A DNA stretch of 63,213 bases, the filler included, from Stramenopiles sp. TOSAG23-2 (taxonomy: Eukaryota), in NCBI GenBank assembly GCA_900128395.1. It is 6 parts of 6 records of this genome, joined end to end, with 100 filler letters (N's around TTAATTAATTAA, not from the genome) between each part and the next. Parts side by side here need not be neighbours in the genome. Positions count along the whole stretch, not along the records: positions 28,299 to 56,430 come from LT649406.1; 5 more parts are not named here. The stretch is one strand, 5' to 3'. The notes under the pieces were generated by a model. That model was given only the letters and a program-made list of their open reading frames with translations. It was not told the DNA's origin and did no database searches. The translations under genes were made by a program, and so were the position numbers. The number at the start of each line of letters is the position of its first letter. Positions within the stretch are counted from its first letter, which is position 1. Positions 31,884 to 42,200 of this stretch are shown here, one piece after another.

Positions 31884-32612
31884 GTGTGTGCGCGTATTTT
31901 CATTTAAAAAAGAATATTACCAAGGAATGAACTTTGTTGAACAAAAAGGGAGTTTTGAAGTGTTGATGTGAGTGTGTGCGCGTATTTTCATTTAAAAAAG
32001 AATATTACCCGTGTGGTGTGTGTTTTTCGTACCAGCGTACGTAAAAATTATGATAACAAAATTTTCGTTAGCATTTAATATTACCTGGTACTGTATTAAC
32101 TCAAGAAGTATGCCAGAGTATGCTCTGTGCTCTGTGGTATGCTGGCTATTTTTGCATTTTTACCTATCAAACAATACGGTTTTTACTTTAACTTTGTACT
32201 TAATATGCAGCTACACAGTACAGTCTACAAACTGTGCGCCCTCGTCGATATTCACAAAACCTTAATTGTTCTGTGCTGTGTCCCCTACCTCCAACTTTCG
32301 GGCTCTCACGCTATTAGCATCCTATTACGCTTACCAGCTAAGCTCCTAAAACAGGTAAAATAAGTACAAAAATATGTCGTAGCATTCACCACATCGGTTT
32401 GCCTATCATATAGTACCGATTAAAAATATCCGCAACTAGTTCATTAGCAGTCACACAGTATCGAGCTTTTTTCTATTCGGACCGATACATCTAAACAAAT
32501 CGATTTGTATCTACCATAGCAATAGTATTAAAAACAAAAACCCGAATCGGTAAAAAAGAATCCGCCTTCGATAAGATTATTCCGCCGCCCAAGTAAGCAT
32601 ATTACCTAGAGT

Positions 32613-32721
32613 CAAGACACCTGCGGCCTATGTGCGCGTGCGATGCTACACGCCTGCTAGGTTTTCTAATTTTGTGAAGGATTTTTTAGCAGGGGCGTAT
32701 CATTGTACGCGCAAGGAGTCT
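32613..32721 (+). other. Long imperfect hairpin with 41-bp CCTGCTA..TAGCAGG core (left copy)
   Basis: TGCGCGTGCGATGCTAC / GTATCATTGTACGCGCA outer stem with G-T pairs; core at 32653-32693. Confidence 0.75.
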
Positions 32722-33136
32722 AAGCACGTTTATGTTTAATTTTCTGAATGGTGTGGCAATGCTATGGTTTGATGTCTGAAGCGTACAGGGGCATACCATT
32801 AAACGAGGAAAGTGGCTGGAAGAAATAAATATCTAATAATAAAAAAGTGGGCCAGGTGGGAGGGTGGGTGTTGGTTTACAGTGTTTTAAATAATAACAAC
32901 AATACAATATATATATATATATAGTTACGCAAGGAACAACTTGACCAGCAAAAACAGAAACGTCAAAACAAACAAAGAAAAGCGAAAGAAGAATTAAAAC
33001 CATCAACGAATAGTTATAAATTTTACTGCGGTGTTGAACATTCAAGTGCGCGGTATTTTAAAAAAGTAAGAGGATATTTAGAATAGTTTTGATCGAGACG
33101 AGCAAATATTTTTTCACTCACAATATATATTGTAAC

Positions 33137-33658
33137 ATGCCTTTATACAAATATGCACCCGTAGTAGTAGTAACTGCTTTGCTTTTTTTAAGCACTTTCG
33201 ATTCTTGCGATGCAGGAGACATACGATTGAACAAGAAAAGCGCGTGTAAGAGGTCAACTCAGTATGAAGGAGAGGAGGAATGGCAAACATTTTTAAAAAA
33301 TAATGGTTTCAATAACGGGAATTTTGCATCGCCGTTTAAGGGCTTCCGCGAATCATGTTTTGGGACAAAAAAAGGACAAATGAAATATAAAAAGGGCACC
33401 TTCTCTTGGCCTTGTCGGGGCGAAGTCCAGGACGCTGTTGAAAAAGTCAAAAAAACTGGTGAAGAAAAGAACTGTGAATACACACACAACAATGGTAAGA
33501 CCATGAAACTCCGTATTTTCAAGGAAAACCAAAAGGCTAAGTTCAATGTTCAAGTGACAAGCCAAGATGGAACAAAGAAGCTTGATGTCCCTTTCAGAGA
33601 CGTAAGGGCAAGTGCGAGGAGAAGGAGATTATTGAAGGGAAGTGCAAGTGCATGCTAA
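33137..33658 (+). CDS. Secreted Lys-rich protein of unknown function ending RRRRLLKGSASAC
   Basis: Signal peptide from ATG 33137; several Cys; C-terminal RRL motif. Confidence 0.75.
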   Translation: MPLYKYAPVVVVTALLFLSTFDSCDAGDIRLNKKSACKRSTQYEGEEEWQTFLKNNGFNNGNFASPFKGFRESCFGTKKGQMKYKKGTFSWPCRGEVQDAVEKVKKTGEEKNCEYTHNNGKTMKLRIFKENQKAKFNVQVTSQDGTKKLDVPFRDVRASARRRRLLKGSASAC

Positions 33659-33861
33659 CTTCGCGAGTGAAAAGTTCCAAATTAGGACTATAAGTTAATA
33701 CAATTAGGACTATATGTTAATAACTTGTATCGTATATACGTATATATATATGTACTTGATATATATATTTTCATGCACAATTTTTTTTTTATTTTCATCA
33801 TTCCTCAGCTCGGTTCTCGTCCCTTCAGCTGCATTTATGTGCTCTTCGCACAGTCGTTCCC

Positions 33862-35814
33862 CTATTCCGCTTGAACGCAAACCCCGTTTTGATATCCACA
33901 TTCTTTTGAATTACATTCTCTTAAACATGTTTTTACCGTAGATAGATATCTATTTTGGCAATAATTGGAACATTGTGGTGTACAGCCTGCGTCCGGTACT
34001 TTTGTCAGTATCGCTTGGACATCTTTCTCGTCATCTAACCATCCGTTCGAACATATTGGGTTATTATGAAGGTAGATATAGATAAGGGACTTTTCCAATG
34101 CTAGAATTGATGGTGTTGGTAAATTTGTAATGTTATTATTGCGCAAATCAATTGAAAAAAGCTTTTTCAGAACCCTTATTTCTCTTGGAACATTCGAGAT
34201 GGAATTCTTATTAAGTCCTAACTCTTTTAAACTAGTTGCGTATTGAATATCACGTGGTATTTCCTTGAGATGATTCCCGTCAAGATACACTGTATTCAAC
34301 ATGGTGGTAACTTTTGTTTGAGAATTCACAAACGTTGCAGCTGGTAACCTAGACAAGCTATTGTTGCTCATGAAAAGAAGTTGTAACGTTTGGGCGTTTC
34401 GTATCACAGGAGAAATCTCAGTAATGTTATTGTTATCTAGCTCCAGCGAATGTAGAAACGGATTTCCCCACAGGCTATCAGGCACACTTGTCAAGTTGTT
34501 GTTTGACAGTACAACCTTCTGCAATTGCTTGCTCATTCCAAAATTATATGGTATTTTTGTTAGCATGTTGTAACTGAAATCGGCCAAGGTTAATTTTGGA
34601 AAGGCATTGATAAACTCGCCAAATACGTATTGCAGTGGCCCGTGACTGATTTTCAAATGTTTTAACGCGGACATCTGTTTTATATCTTTTTCTGGCAATC
34701 TCGTGTAATTGTGTTCTAGAACGGTCAGCACAGCACAATTACATGTTGGATGGAAAATATTTCCACAAAATGGCGTTTTTACTTTGCAACTGTTCCACAG
34801 TACTTGCTCGCACTCGGTGGCATGCGTTGCTAATTGCAAAACGCCTGCAACGGCAAAGAAAATACCAAATAATATTTTGGTAACGCCGGCTCCTACATGT
34901 ACAAAAGACGGCACACTTGCTTCTTGCTGCTGTACCATCGTAAAATGAGAAGCATTGCGAAATATGCTACTCCTTCGTCTTTCCCTGTGTCGGGCACATT
35001 GAGTCTGCGATTTTAAGGCTTCCTTTGCTGAGCGTGACCGTATTATTTCTTCAAACATTGTGCTTAATTTTAGCATCAACATCAAAGCTGGAAAAATGGT
35101 AATACTTAGCATCTCTTCTATGGCTATAGGGACATTGTATCCAAAATATATTATGCATATAGGCGCAAAAGTAGTAAAGAAATCTACAAATGAATCAATT
35201 TTGTATTGTCTATCTCTCCCTTCAATTGTGGTTGTTCGGACCATAAATTGAGCGGAGTGCAAGCAGTCAATAGCAAGAAACATGCATAGAAGTGTGGAAA
35301 ATTCAACTGGCATGGAGCACAAATAAACTTGAACTAGGTTGTGCAATTGAACCACAGACTCCAAGAGTTCGGTAGCGTACAGCTTCCATAAGTAATACGG
35401 CCCAAATATTTGAAAATCGTCTTTTATGGCTATTATCTGTCTATAGCATGTCATTCGATTTCTATCGTCGGTCGTATCGTCTGTGAACTGTTTAGCTTGC
35501 CTCTTCCACTTCCTGGCCACCAAGAAGAGCTTGAAATTGTATATGCCACACATTGATGGAAATATCCATACGTATTTTCTGCCAAAGTTCCTACCTATCC
35601 AGCGCGTATATAGGTATGTAATATATAAAAATAAACCACTTATTGCAAACATACAACACAGTACCAACACGCCGTCCCAACCGACGTGAGTGCAAAAAGT
35701 GATATTGATATCTTCGATCAGCTGCTCTTGGTTATTTTTTTCCGGCGGTGATTTTTTATCTACCCCCGTTAGCTCCACCTCGTTCAGGTCGGCTGGTTTA
35801 TCCGGCACCTTCAT
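33862..35814 (-). CDS. Multi-pass membrane protein with C-terminal LRRs and an LNR/Notch-like Cys module
   Basis: Several N-terminal TM helices; Cys-rich cap (CKVKTPFC..PTCNC); about 8 LxxLxLxxNxL repeats; terminal C..C..C..CNSKECGYQNGVC. Confidence 0.85.
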   Translation of the reverse strand: MKVPDKPADLNEVELTGVDKKSPPEKNNQEQLIEDINITFCTHVGWDGVLVLCCMFAISGLFLYITYLYTRWIGRNFGRKYVWIFPSMCGIYNFKLFLVARKWKRQAKQFTDDTTDDRNRMTCYRQIIAIKDDFQIFGPYYLWKLYATELLESVVQLHNLVQVYLCSMPVEFSTLLCMFLAIDCLHSAQFMVRTTTIEGRDRQYKIDSFVDFFTTFAPICIIYFGYNVPIAIEEMLSITIFPALMLMLKLSTMFEEIIRSRSAKEALKSQTQCARHRERRRSSIFRNASHFTMVQQQEASVPSFVHVGAGVTKILFGIFFAVAGVLQLATHATECEQVLWNSCKVKTPFCGNIFHPTCNCAVLTVLEHNYTRLPEKDIKQMSALKHLKISHGPLQYVFGEFINAFPKLTLADFSYNMLTKIPYNFGMSKQLQKVVLSNNNLTSVPDSLWGNPFLHSLELDNNNITEISPVIRNAQTLQLLFMSNNSLSRLPAATFVNSQTKVTTMLNTVYLDGNHLKEIPRDIQYATSLKELGLNKNSISNVPREIRVLKKLFSIDLRNNNITNLPTPSILALEKSLIYIYLHNNPICSNGWLDDEKDVQAILTKVPDAGCTPQCSNYCQNRYLSTVKTCLRECNSKECGYQNGVCVQAE

Positions 35815-36105
35815 GGAAAAAGATAATGGTTGGTGAGTTTCTCCGGCTGCTTGATGGTTTTCTTATACGGTTGGAAAAATGTTACGGTACGTCTAGCGAT
35901 TGGGTTGGTGTGTGTGTTGCGGAAGAATATATTGTTGTGTATTATTCATAAATAAAAATAATATTTTATAAAAATAATATAAAAATAGATTAAATTATTA
36001 TTATTTATAATATTCTCAATTCATTTTTATATTACACCACTTTGGTAGGCACCTCGTTAGTATGCATTATCCGTAGTGTATAGAAAATAAAATGGTTCGA
36101 AAAAA

Positions 36106-36220
36106 TTCTCCAGATGTGTTAGAGCATTTGCTCGTCTAATGGTGGATGCCTGCTAGAAATCCTAAATGAAAATTAGAAAATTTAGCAGGTTCATACCACA
36201 AGACGAGCAACCACTGGAGA
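36106..36220 (-). other. Long imperfect hairpin with 41-bp CCTGCTA..TAGCAGG core (right copy, inverted relative to the left)
   Basis: TTGCTCGTCT/AGACGAGCAA and TCTCCAG/CTGGAGA stems; core at 36149-36189. Confidence 0.75.
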
Positions 36221-36416
36221 CACATTATTTGAAACCCAGCCAGCCAGCATTTATTATTTTTTGTGCACCGGAATAGATATATATAATATTATACCACAGA
36301 ATGCAGAGTGTGCAACAACAACATCAAAAATAATAATAAAAAAAAGAAGATCATCATACCAATCAAAAACATAACCTTAACCTACATTGCAATACAATAC
36401 AATAATAGTAATCACA

Positions 36417-37664
36417 ATGAAATGGAATAAAAACATTTCAATAATTACAACATGGGTATATACTTTGATGACAATTACTCTTTTCAATTTAAATTTAATA
36501 ATCACTACTACTGCAATATCCAATCAATTCAATAATGGTCTAATACCACAATTTAAAAGTAATACTTCATTATTAACCTATAATAATAGTGACGACAATA
36601 TTGTTGTATTTAACCATGGTGAAAATGGATATCCGTGTATACGAACACCTGCAATTATTAAAACAAAAAAATCATTATTAGCATTTGCTGGGACACGTTG
36701 TGGGAATGGTGATGGTTGTAATCCATATAATAGCAAAACAGTTGATCATATGGATACTGTAATGAAAAAATCTATTGATAATGGCAAAACATGGTCTAGC
36801 ATACGTTCTATTTATTCTGCAACATGCCAAGATAGAGATCATGGAACACCTGTTTACGATCGAGTCAAAGATCGTGTTGTTTTAGTATTTCGAGGTAAAG
36901 ATTTATTAACATGGACTATGTATTCAGATAATGATGGAGAAAGTTGGAGCGAACCATTTCAAATAAATTTAGATATTTATAATAAATCAAGAGTTTCGCC
37001 TGGCCGTGGTTTACAATTGTCTGAAAGTAACAGATATGCTCCTAATCGTTTGGTTTTTGTTGCACAATTTGGTGTAAAAGGTAAAAGTTTAGATATTGTG
37101 TATTATTCCGATGATCATGGTATTACATGGACACGTAGTAAAACAATCATACCATCTGGTAATGAAGCACAAATTGTAGAATTAGCTAATTCTACCCTTT
37201 TAATGAATGCTCGTGTTGAGGTGAAATCAAAACAAACATCACGATTATTTGCAACAAGTGATGACGGAGGAGCGACGTGGTCAAGTTTTACATATCGATA
37301 TGATATTGCAGCAACAAGTTGTATGGGTTCAACAATTACAACCACTACTACTACGATGATGGATGATGATGATGATGATGCTACTACTGGAAAACAAGTT
37401 TTATTATATTCCCATCCTTCATCTCAAGGAAAAGAAGGATCACATCATCGTATGGGTGGTACAGTTTGGATATCAAACGATGAAGCAGAATCATGGAATC
37501 CATTTTACCATGCAACAGAAAAAGAAGTAGGATTTGCATATAGTTGCTTGACTGAAACATTTACTTCAAAAACAATTGGATTGTTGTATGAAACAGAAGA
37601 TGCAGATTCATGTACTGGTCCATCATGTAAAATTGTATTTACAACATTTGAGTTGCCAAGTTGA
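36417..37664 (+). CDS. Secreted sialidase (GH33, BNR/Asp-box propeller)
   Basis: IRTP (FRIP-like motif); five Asp boxes (SIDNGKTW, SDNDGESW, SDDHGITW, SDDGGATW, SNDEAESW); NEAQ, AYSCL, IGLLYE. Confidence 0.92.
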   Translation: MKWNKNISIITTWVYTLMTITLFNLNLIITTTAISNQFNNGLIPQFKSNTSLLTYNNSDDNIVVFNHGENGYPCIRTPAIIKTKKSLLAFAGTRCGNGDGCNPYNSKTVDHMDTVMKKSIDNGKTWSSIRSIYSATCQDRDHGTPVYDRVKDRVVLVFRGKDLLTWTMYSDNDGESWSEPFQINLDIYNKSRVSPGRGLQLSESNRYAPNRLVFVAQFGVKGKSLDIVYYSDDHGITWTRSKTIIPSGNEAQIVELANSTLLMNARVEVKSKQTSRLFATSDDGGATWSSFTYRYDIAATSCMGSTITTTTTTMMDDDDDDATTGKQVLLYSHPSSQGKEGSHHRMGGTVWISNDEAESWNPFYHATEKEVGFAYSCLTETFTSKTIGLLYETEDADSCTGPSCKIVFTTFELPS

Positions 37665-37845
37665 AAGCCGGAGAGAGAGAGGTCTCACACATATTTTATA
37701 AAATTGTGAGTTTATGATACGTTTTATTATAAAAGGGGGAACAAGATTTTGATACAACTCATATATAATATATATAAGAAAAAAAGAATTATAAAAACAA
37801 TTTTTTATCTGTTTTATTCGTATAGTTTTTATTTTTCTTATTTTT

Positions 37846-38190
37846 TTAACCAACAACAAACATATTGTCTGTAAATATTTTTAATGTTGGATACATTAAA
37901 TAACAAACTATCCCAAGTAAAATCCAAAATTTTCCATGTCCAATTCGTATAATTCCATTCAATTTTGAATCATCATATGAATGGTAACACCATGCAACAT
38001 TTCTACCATAAATTAATTGAAATATTCCATCCAATATAATTTCTAATAACCATATATTAATTGGAAATAATAATACATAAAAATATTTATTGTAATATAA
38101 ATAATGAGCATATATGTCTAATAATATAGGAACATAGACTAAATTACCAAAATATTGTGCAAAAGATGTATAAGCTTTACCTTCGTTCAT
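37846..38190 (-). CDS. Small membrane protein, TMEM229-like; possibly 5'-incomplete
   Basis: IWLLEII.G..AWCY..LNGIIRI..W pattern with 3-4 hydrophobic segments. Confidence 0.5.
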   Translation of the reverse strand: MNEGKAYTSFAQYFGNLVYVPILLDIYAHYLYYNKYFYVLLFPINIWLLEIILDGIFQLIYGRNVAWCYHSYDDSKLNGIIRIGHGKFWILLGIVCYLMYPTLKIFTDNMFVVG

Positions 38191-39294
38191 ATATGTATAC
38201 TAATCTTTGTACTTAATATGCAGCTACGCAGTACAGAGATGGTAAGCCAGAGGCGAGGATCTCGACTAGAGCTAACACTAATAACAATTCCCTGCCCTGA
38301 TGTGTGTGTATAGGGGTATTAACGAAGCAAGATAACAAAGAAGAGACTTGAAAGAAATAAATATTTAAGGAAAATAGTATTAAAATAAATATAGTATAAA
38401 AAGTATAAATTATTATATTAGACTCTGTAGCTTTAAATCTATATATGTATAAAATATATAACTGTGTGTATACACATCAAAGGGTGGATAAAGATTATTA
38501 GAATTAAAAAACTAGTCTAAGCATATAGGAAAAGTGATTTTAAGTATAAAAGGGTTACAAGTACCACCTGTGTGTATGGTAGGCAATGTCGCCACTAATT
38601 AGGCCGCAATAGCAGGTAAATTGTCGTCAAAATAGTGCTGTGACGGCGTAAAAAAGTCTTACCATAGACATAGTATAGGGAAAACTTCCACCGTAAAAAA
38701 CGATTCTTACATAACAAAAAAACAAACCTCCGCTTTTCTGATACTCTCAATACAACCTATCACCCTGCTATACCGCACTTCCAGCCACATTAAAACTCAA
38801 TTTACACGAATAAGAATTTATTACCATTATACCCGCTCGTGTAAATTCAAATTTCCTCCTTAACTTTCTCCTTGTTTAACAACATTTCCATCGTTTTTAC
38901 ATAAATTCAGGGCAGGGGTCCTTGCCTTTCACGGCACTTGGTATAAATAGAAAATCTGGAAATATGTAAATATGTTTATATTAATAGCATCAGAGTAGCA
39001 CTTACAAAAAAAGGAAACACTCCTCATCAAAAAATTTGGGGGGGGGGAGCAAGGTATTCCAGTATTCACATATACTTTAATTCTTTTAATAAAAGCTTAC
39101 TGGATTGTATATATATACATACATAGACAGATAGATAGATAGAAACACCTGTAAATACTACAAGGAACAACTTATTTGTAATGAATATGAATAGATACAA
39201 TTGTTCTTTTAACATATCTCGATATGCTGTTTTGTTAATTTTAGATAGATAGATAGAAACACCTGTAAATACTACAAGGAACAACTTATTTGTA

Positions 39295-42200
39295 ATGAAT
39301 ATGAATAGATACAATTGTTCTTTTAACATATCTCGATATGCTGTTTTGTTAATTTTCTGCATAGTATGTTTTGTAACTAATCATCTTGTTTGCGGTACTT
39401 CCGTAGATGGAGGCTTATTAGTATCAGAGATGAAAAATCGTCAAGAGACCGATCAAAAAAAAATTAGCAACGGTATACTTTCCAAGTCTATGGCACATAA
39501 ATCGCCTAATAAAATGACTGAAGCGATGAAGAGAAAGAAAGGAAATATAAATACCGAGAATATGATGCAAACAACGCAAGCGGATCAACAGTCTGTAGCA
39601 TCTGATGCTGCACCAGAAAGTAGTAAACAAATAAATAATGTACAAAATAATAGAATGTGTAGGGTTTATGACGTAAACAAAGAATTAAAATACAAGGAAT
39701 ATTCTTCTAAATTAGCATGTGAGTCCAGTTGCAATAGCAACACAGATGAACAAAGACGTTGTTTGTGGGACAATATTATTATTCGAGAACGACCTTCTGA
39801 TGAAGCTAAGAAAAGTAACTCTATGAAAGAATATGGAGAATATTTAGGCAAAACTCCCCTTTATGAATTTCAAGCTGTTGCATACGAAGTAAAAATTAAA
39901 TCTAAGCATACTTGCAATGAAATGAATAGAATAGAAAGGGTTGACGCATCGTGTAAAAATATTGTTGATTTTTTGAATCATTTAAAGAAACTAAATGTCG
40001 TACCACTACCCATGCAGAAAAAAATTTTATTGTGCAAGTGCATAGATGCTATACCAAATTTAGAAACAGAATATAGTATCAGTTGTCCAAGGGGAAGTGT
40101 TACAAGAAACCGAAGAAGACTTCTCTCTGCAAGGAGAAAACTGGTACGTTTTGGCGGAATCAAAAAAGTTTTTGGCGGTGGGTTGTCCAAGGGGAAGTGT
40201 TACAAGAAACCGAAGAAGACTTCTCTCTGCAAGGAGAAAACTGGTACGTTTTGGCGGAATCAAAAAAGTTTTTGGCGGTGGCTCAAAATCACCAACTTCA
40301 TCAAAAAAGACGGGTTCTAGTTGGTGGGGCAAGAAGACGTCTGGTTCTAGTTGGTTCAAGAAGAAGCCTGTTCACAAAAAACCTGCAAAGTCAACGTCAA
40401 CTTCATCAAAAAGGACGGGTTCTAGTTGGTGGGGTAAGAAGACGTCTGGTTCTAGTTGGTTCAAGAAGAAGCCTGTTCACAAAAAAACGACATGGCGTGC
40501 ACCTGCAAAGCCAACGTCAACTTCATCAAAAAGGACGGGTTCTAGTTGGTGGGGTAAGAAGACGTCTGGTTCTAGTTGGTTCAAGAAGAAGCCTGTTCAC
40601 AAAAAAACGACATGGCATGCACCGAAGCCTGCACCTGCAAAGTCAACGCCTGCCAAAAAGTCCGGCTTTTTCAACTGGTTTAAAGCTAAGCCAAAGAAAA
40701 CTACGTCTTCGAGGAGCAGTAGTAATAAGTGGCACGCACCAAAGCCTGCACCTGCAAAGTCAACTAAAAAGTCCGGCTTTTTCAACTGGTTTAAAGCTAA
40801 GCCAAAGAAAACTACGTCTTCGAGGAGCAGTAGTAATAAGTGGCACGCACCAAAGCCTGCACCTGCAAAGTCAACTAAAAAGTCCGGCTTTTTCAACTGG
40901 TTTAAAGCTAAGCCAAAGAAAACTACGTCTTCGAGGAGCAGTAGTAATAAGTGGCACGCACCAAAGCCTGCACCTGCAAAGTCAACTAAAAAGTCCGGCT
41001 TTTTCAACTGGTTTAAAGCTAAGCCAAAGAAAACTACGTCTTCGAGGAGCAGTAGTAATAAGTGGCATGCACCGAAGCCTAAGTCTGAAACAAAAAAAGA
41101 ACAAAAATCAAGTTGGTGGAAACCATCATCATGGTGGAAGAAAGATAAAAAAGATACAAAGTCGACAACATCATCTTCTGTCTCTTCATATCAAAATAAA
41201 AAAGATAAAACATCGAAGGACACAAAAAAAAAAGTCAAGTTGGTGGAAGCCAACATCATGGTGGAAGAAAGATAAAATAAAAAAGATACAAAGTCGACAA
41301 CATCATCTTCTGTCTCTTCATATCAAAATAAAAAAGATAAAACATCGAAGGACACACAAAAAAAGTCAAGTTGGTGGAAGCCATCATCATGGTGGAAGAA
41401 AGATAAAAAAGATACAAAGTCGACAACATCATCTTCTGTCTCTTCATATCAAAATAAAAAAGATAAAACATCGAAGGACACACAAAAAAAGTCAAGTTGG
41501 TGGAAACCATCATCATGGTGGAAGAAAGATAAAAAAGATACAAAGTCGACAACATCATCTTCTGTCTCTTCATATCAAAATAAAAAAGATAAAACATCGA
41601 AGGACACAAAAAAAAAGTCAAGTTGGTGGAAGCCATCATCATGGTGGAAGAAAGATAAAAAAGATACAAAGTCGACAACATCATCTTCTGTCTCTTCATA
41701 TCAAAATAAAAAAGATAAAACATTATTGGACACAAAAAAAAAAGTCAAGTTGGTGGAAGCCAACATCATGGTGGAAGAAAGATAAAAAAAGTCAAGTTGG
41801 TGGAAGCCATCATCATGGTGGAAGAAAGATAAAAAAGATACAAAGTCGACAACATCATCTTCTGTCTCTTCATATCAAAATAAAAAAGATAAAACATCGA
41901 AGGACACACAAAAAAAGTCAAGTTGGTGGAAGCCATCATCATGGTGGAAGAAAGATAAAAAAGATACAAAGTCGACAACATCATCTTCTGTCTCTTCATA
42001 TCAAAATAAAAAAGATAAAACATCGAAGGACACAAAAAAAAAGTCAAGTTGGTGGAAGCCATCATCATGGTGGAAAAAAGATAAAAAAGATACAAAGTCA
42101 ACGACAACATCATCTTCTGTCTCTTCATATCAAAATAAAAAAGATAAAACATCAAAGGACACAAAAAAAAAAGTCAAGTTGGTGGAAGCCAACATCATGG

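Noticed and set aside
36085-36110. GGTTCGA as a tRNA T-loop
   Set aside because: No cloverleaf, D-arm or acceptor stem around it.
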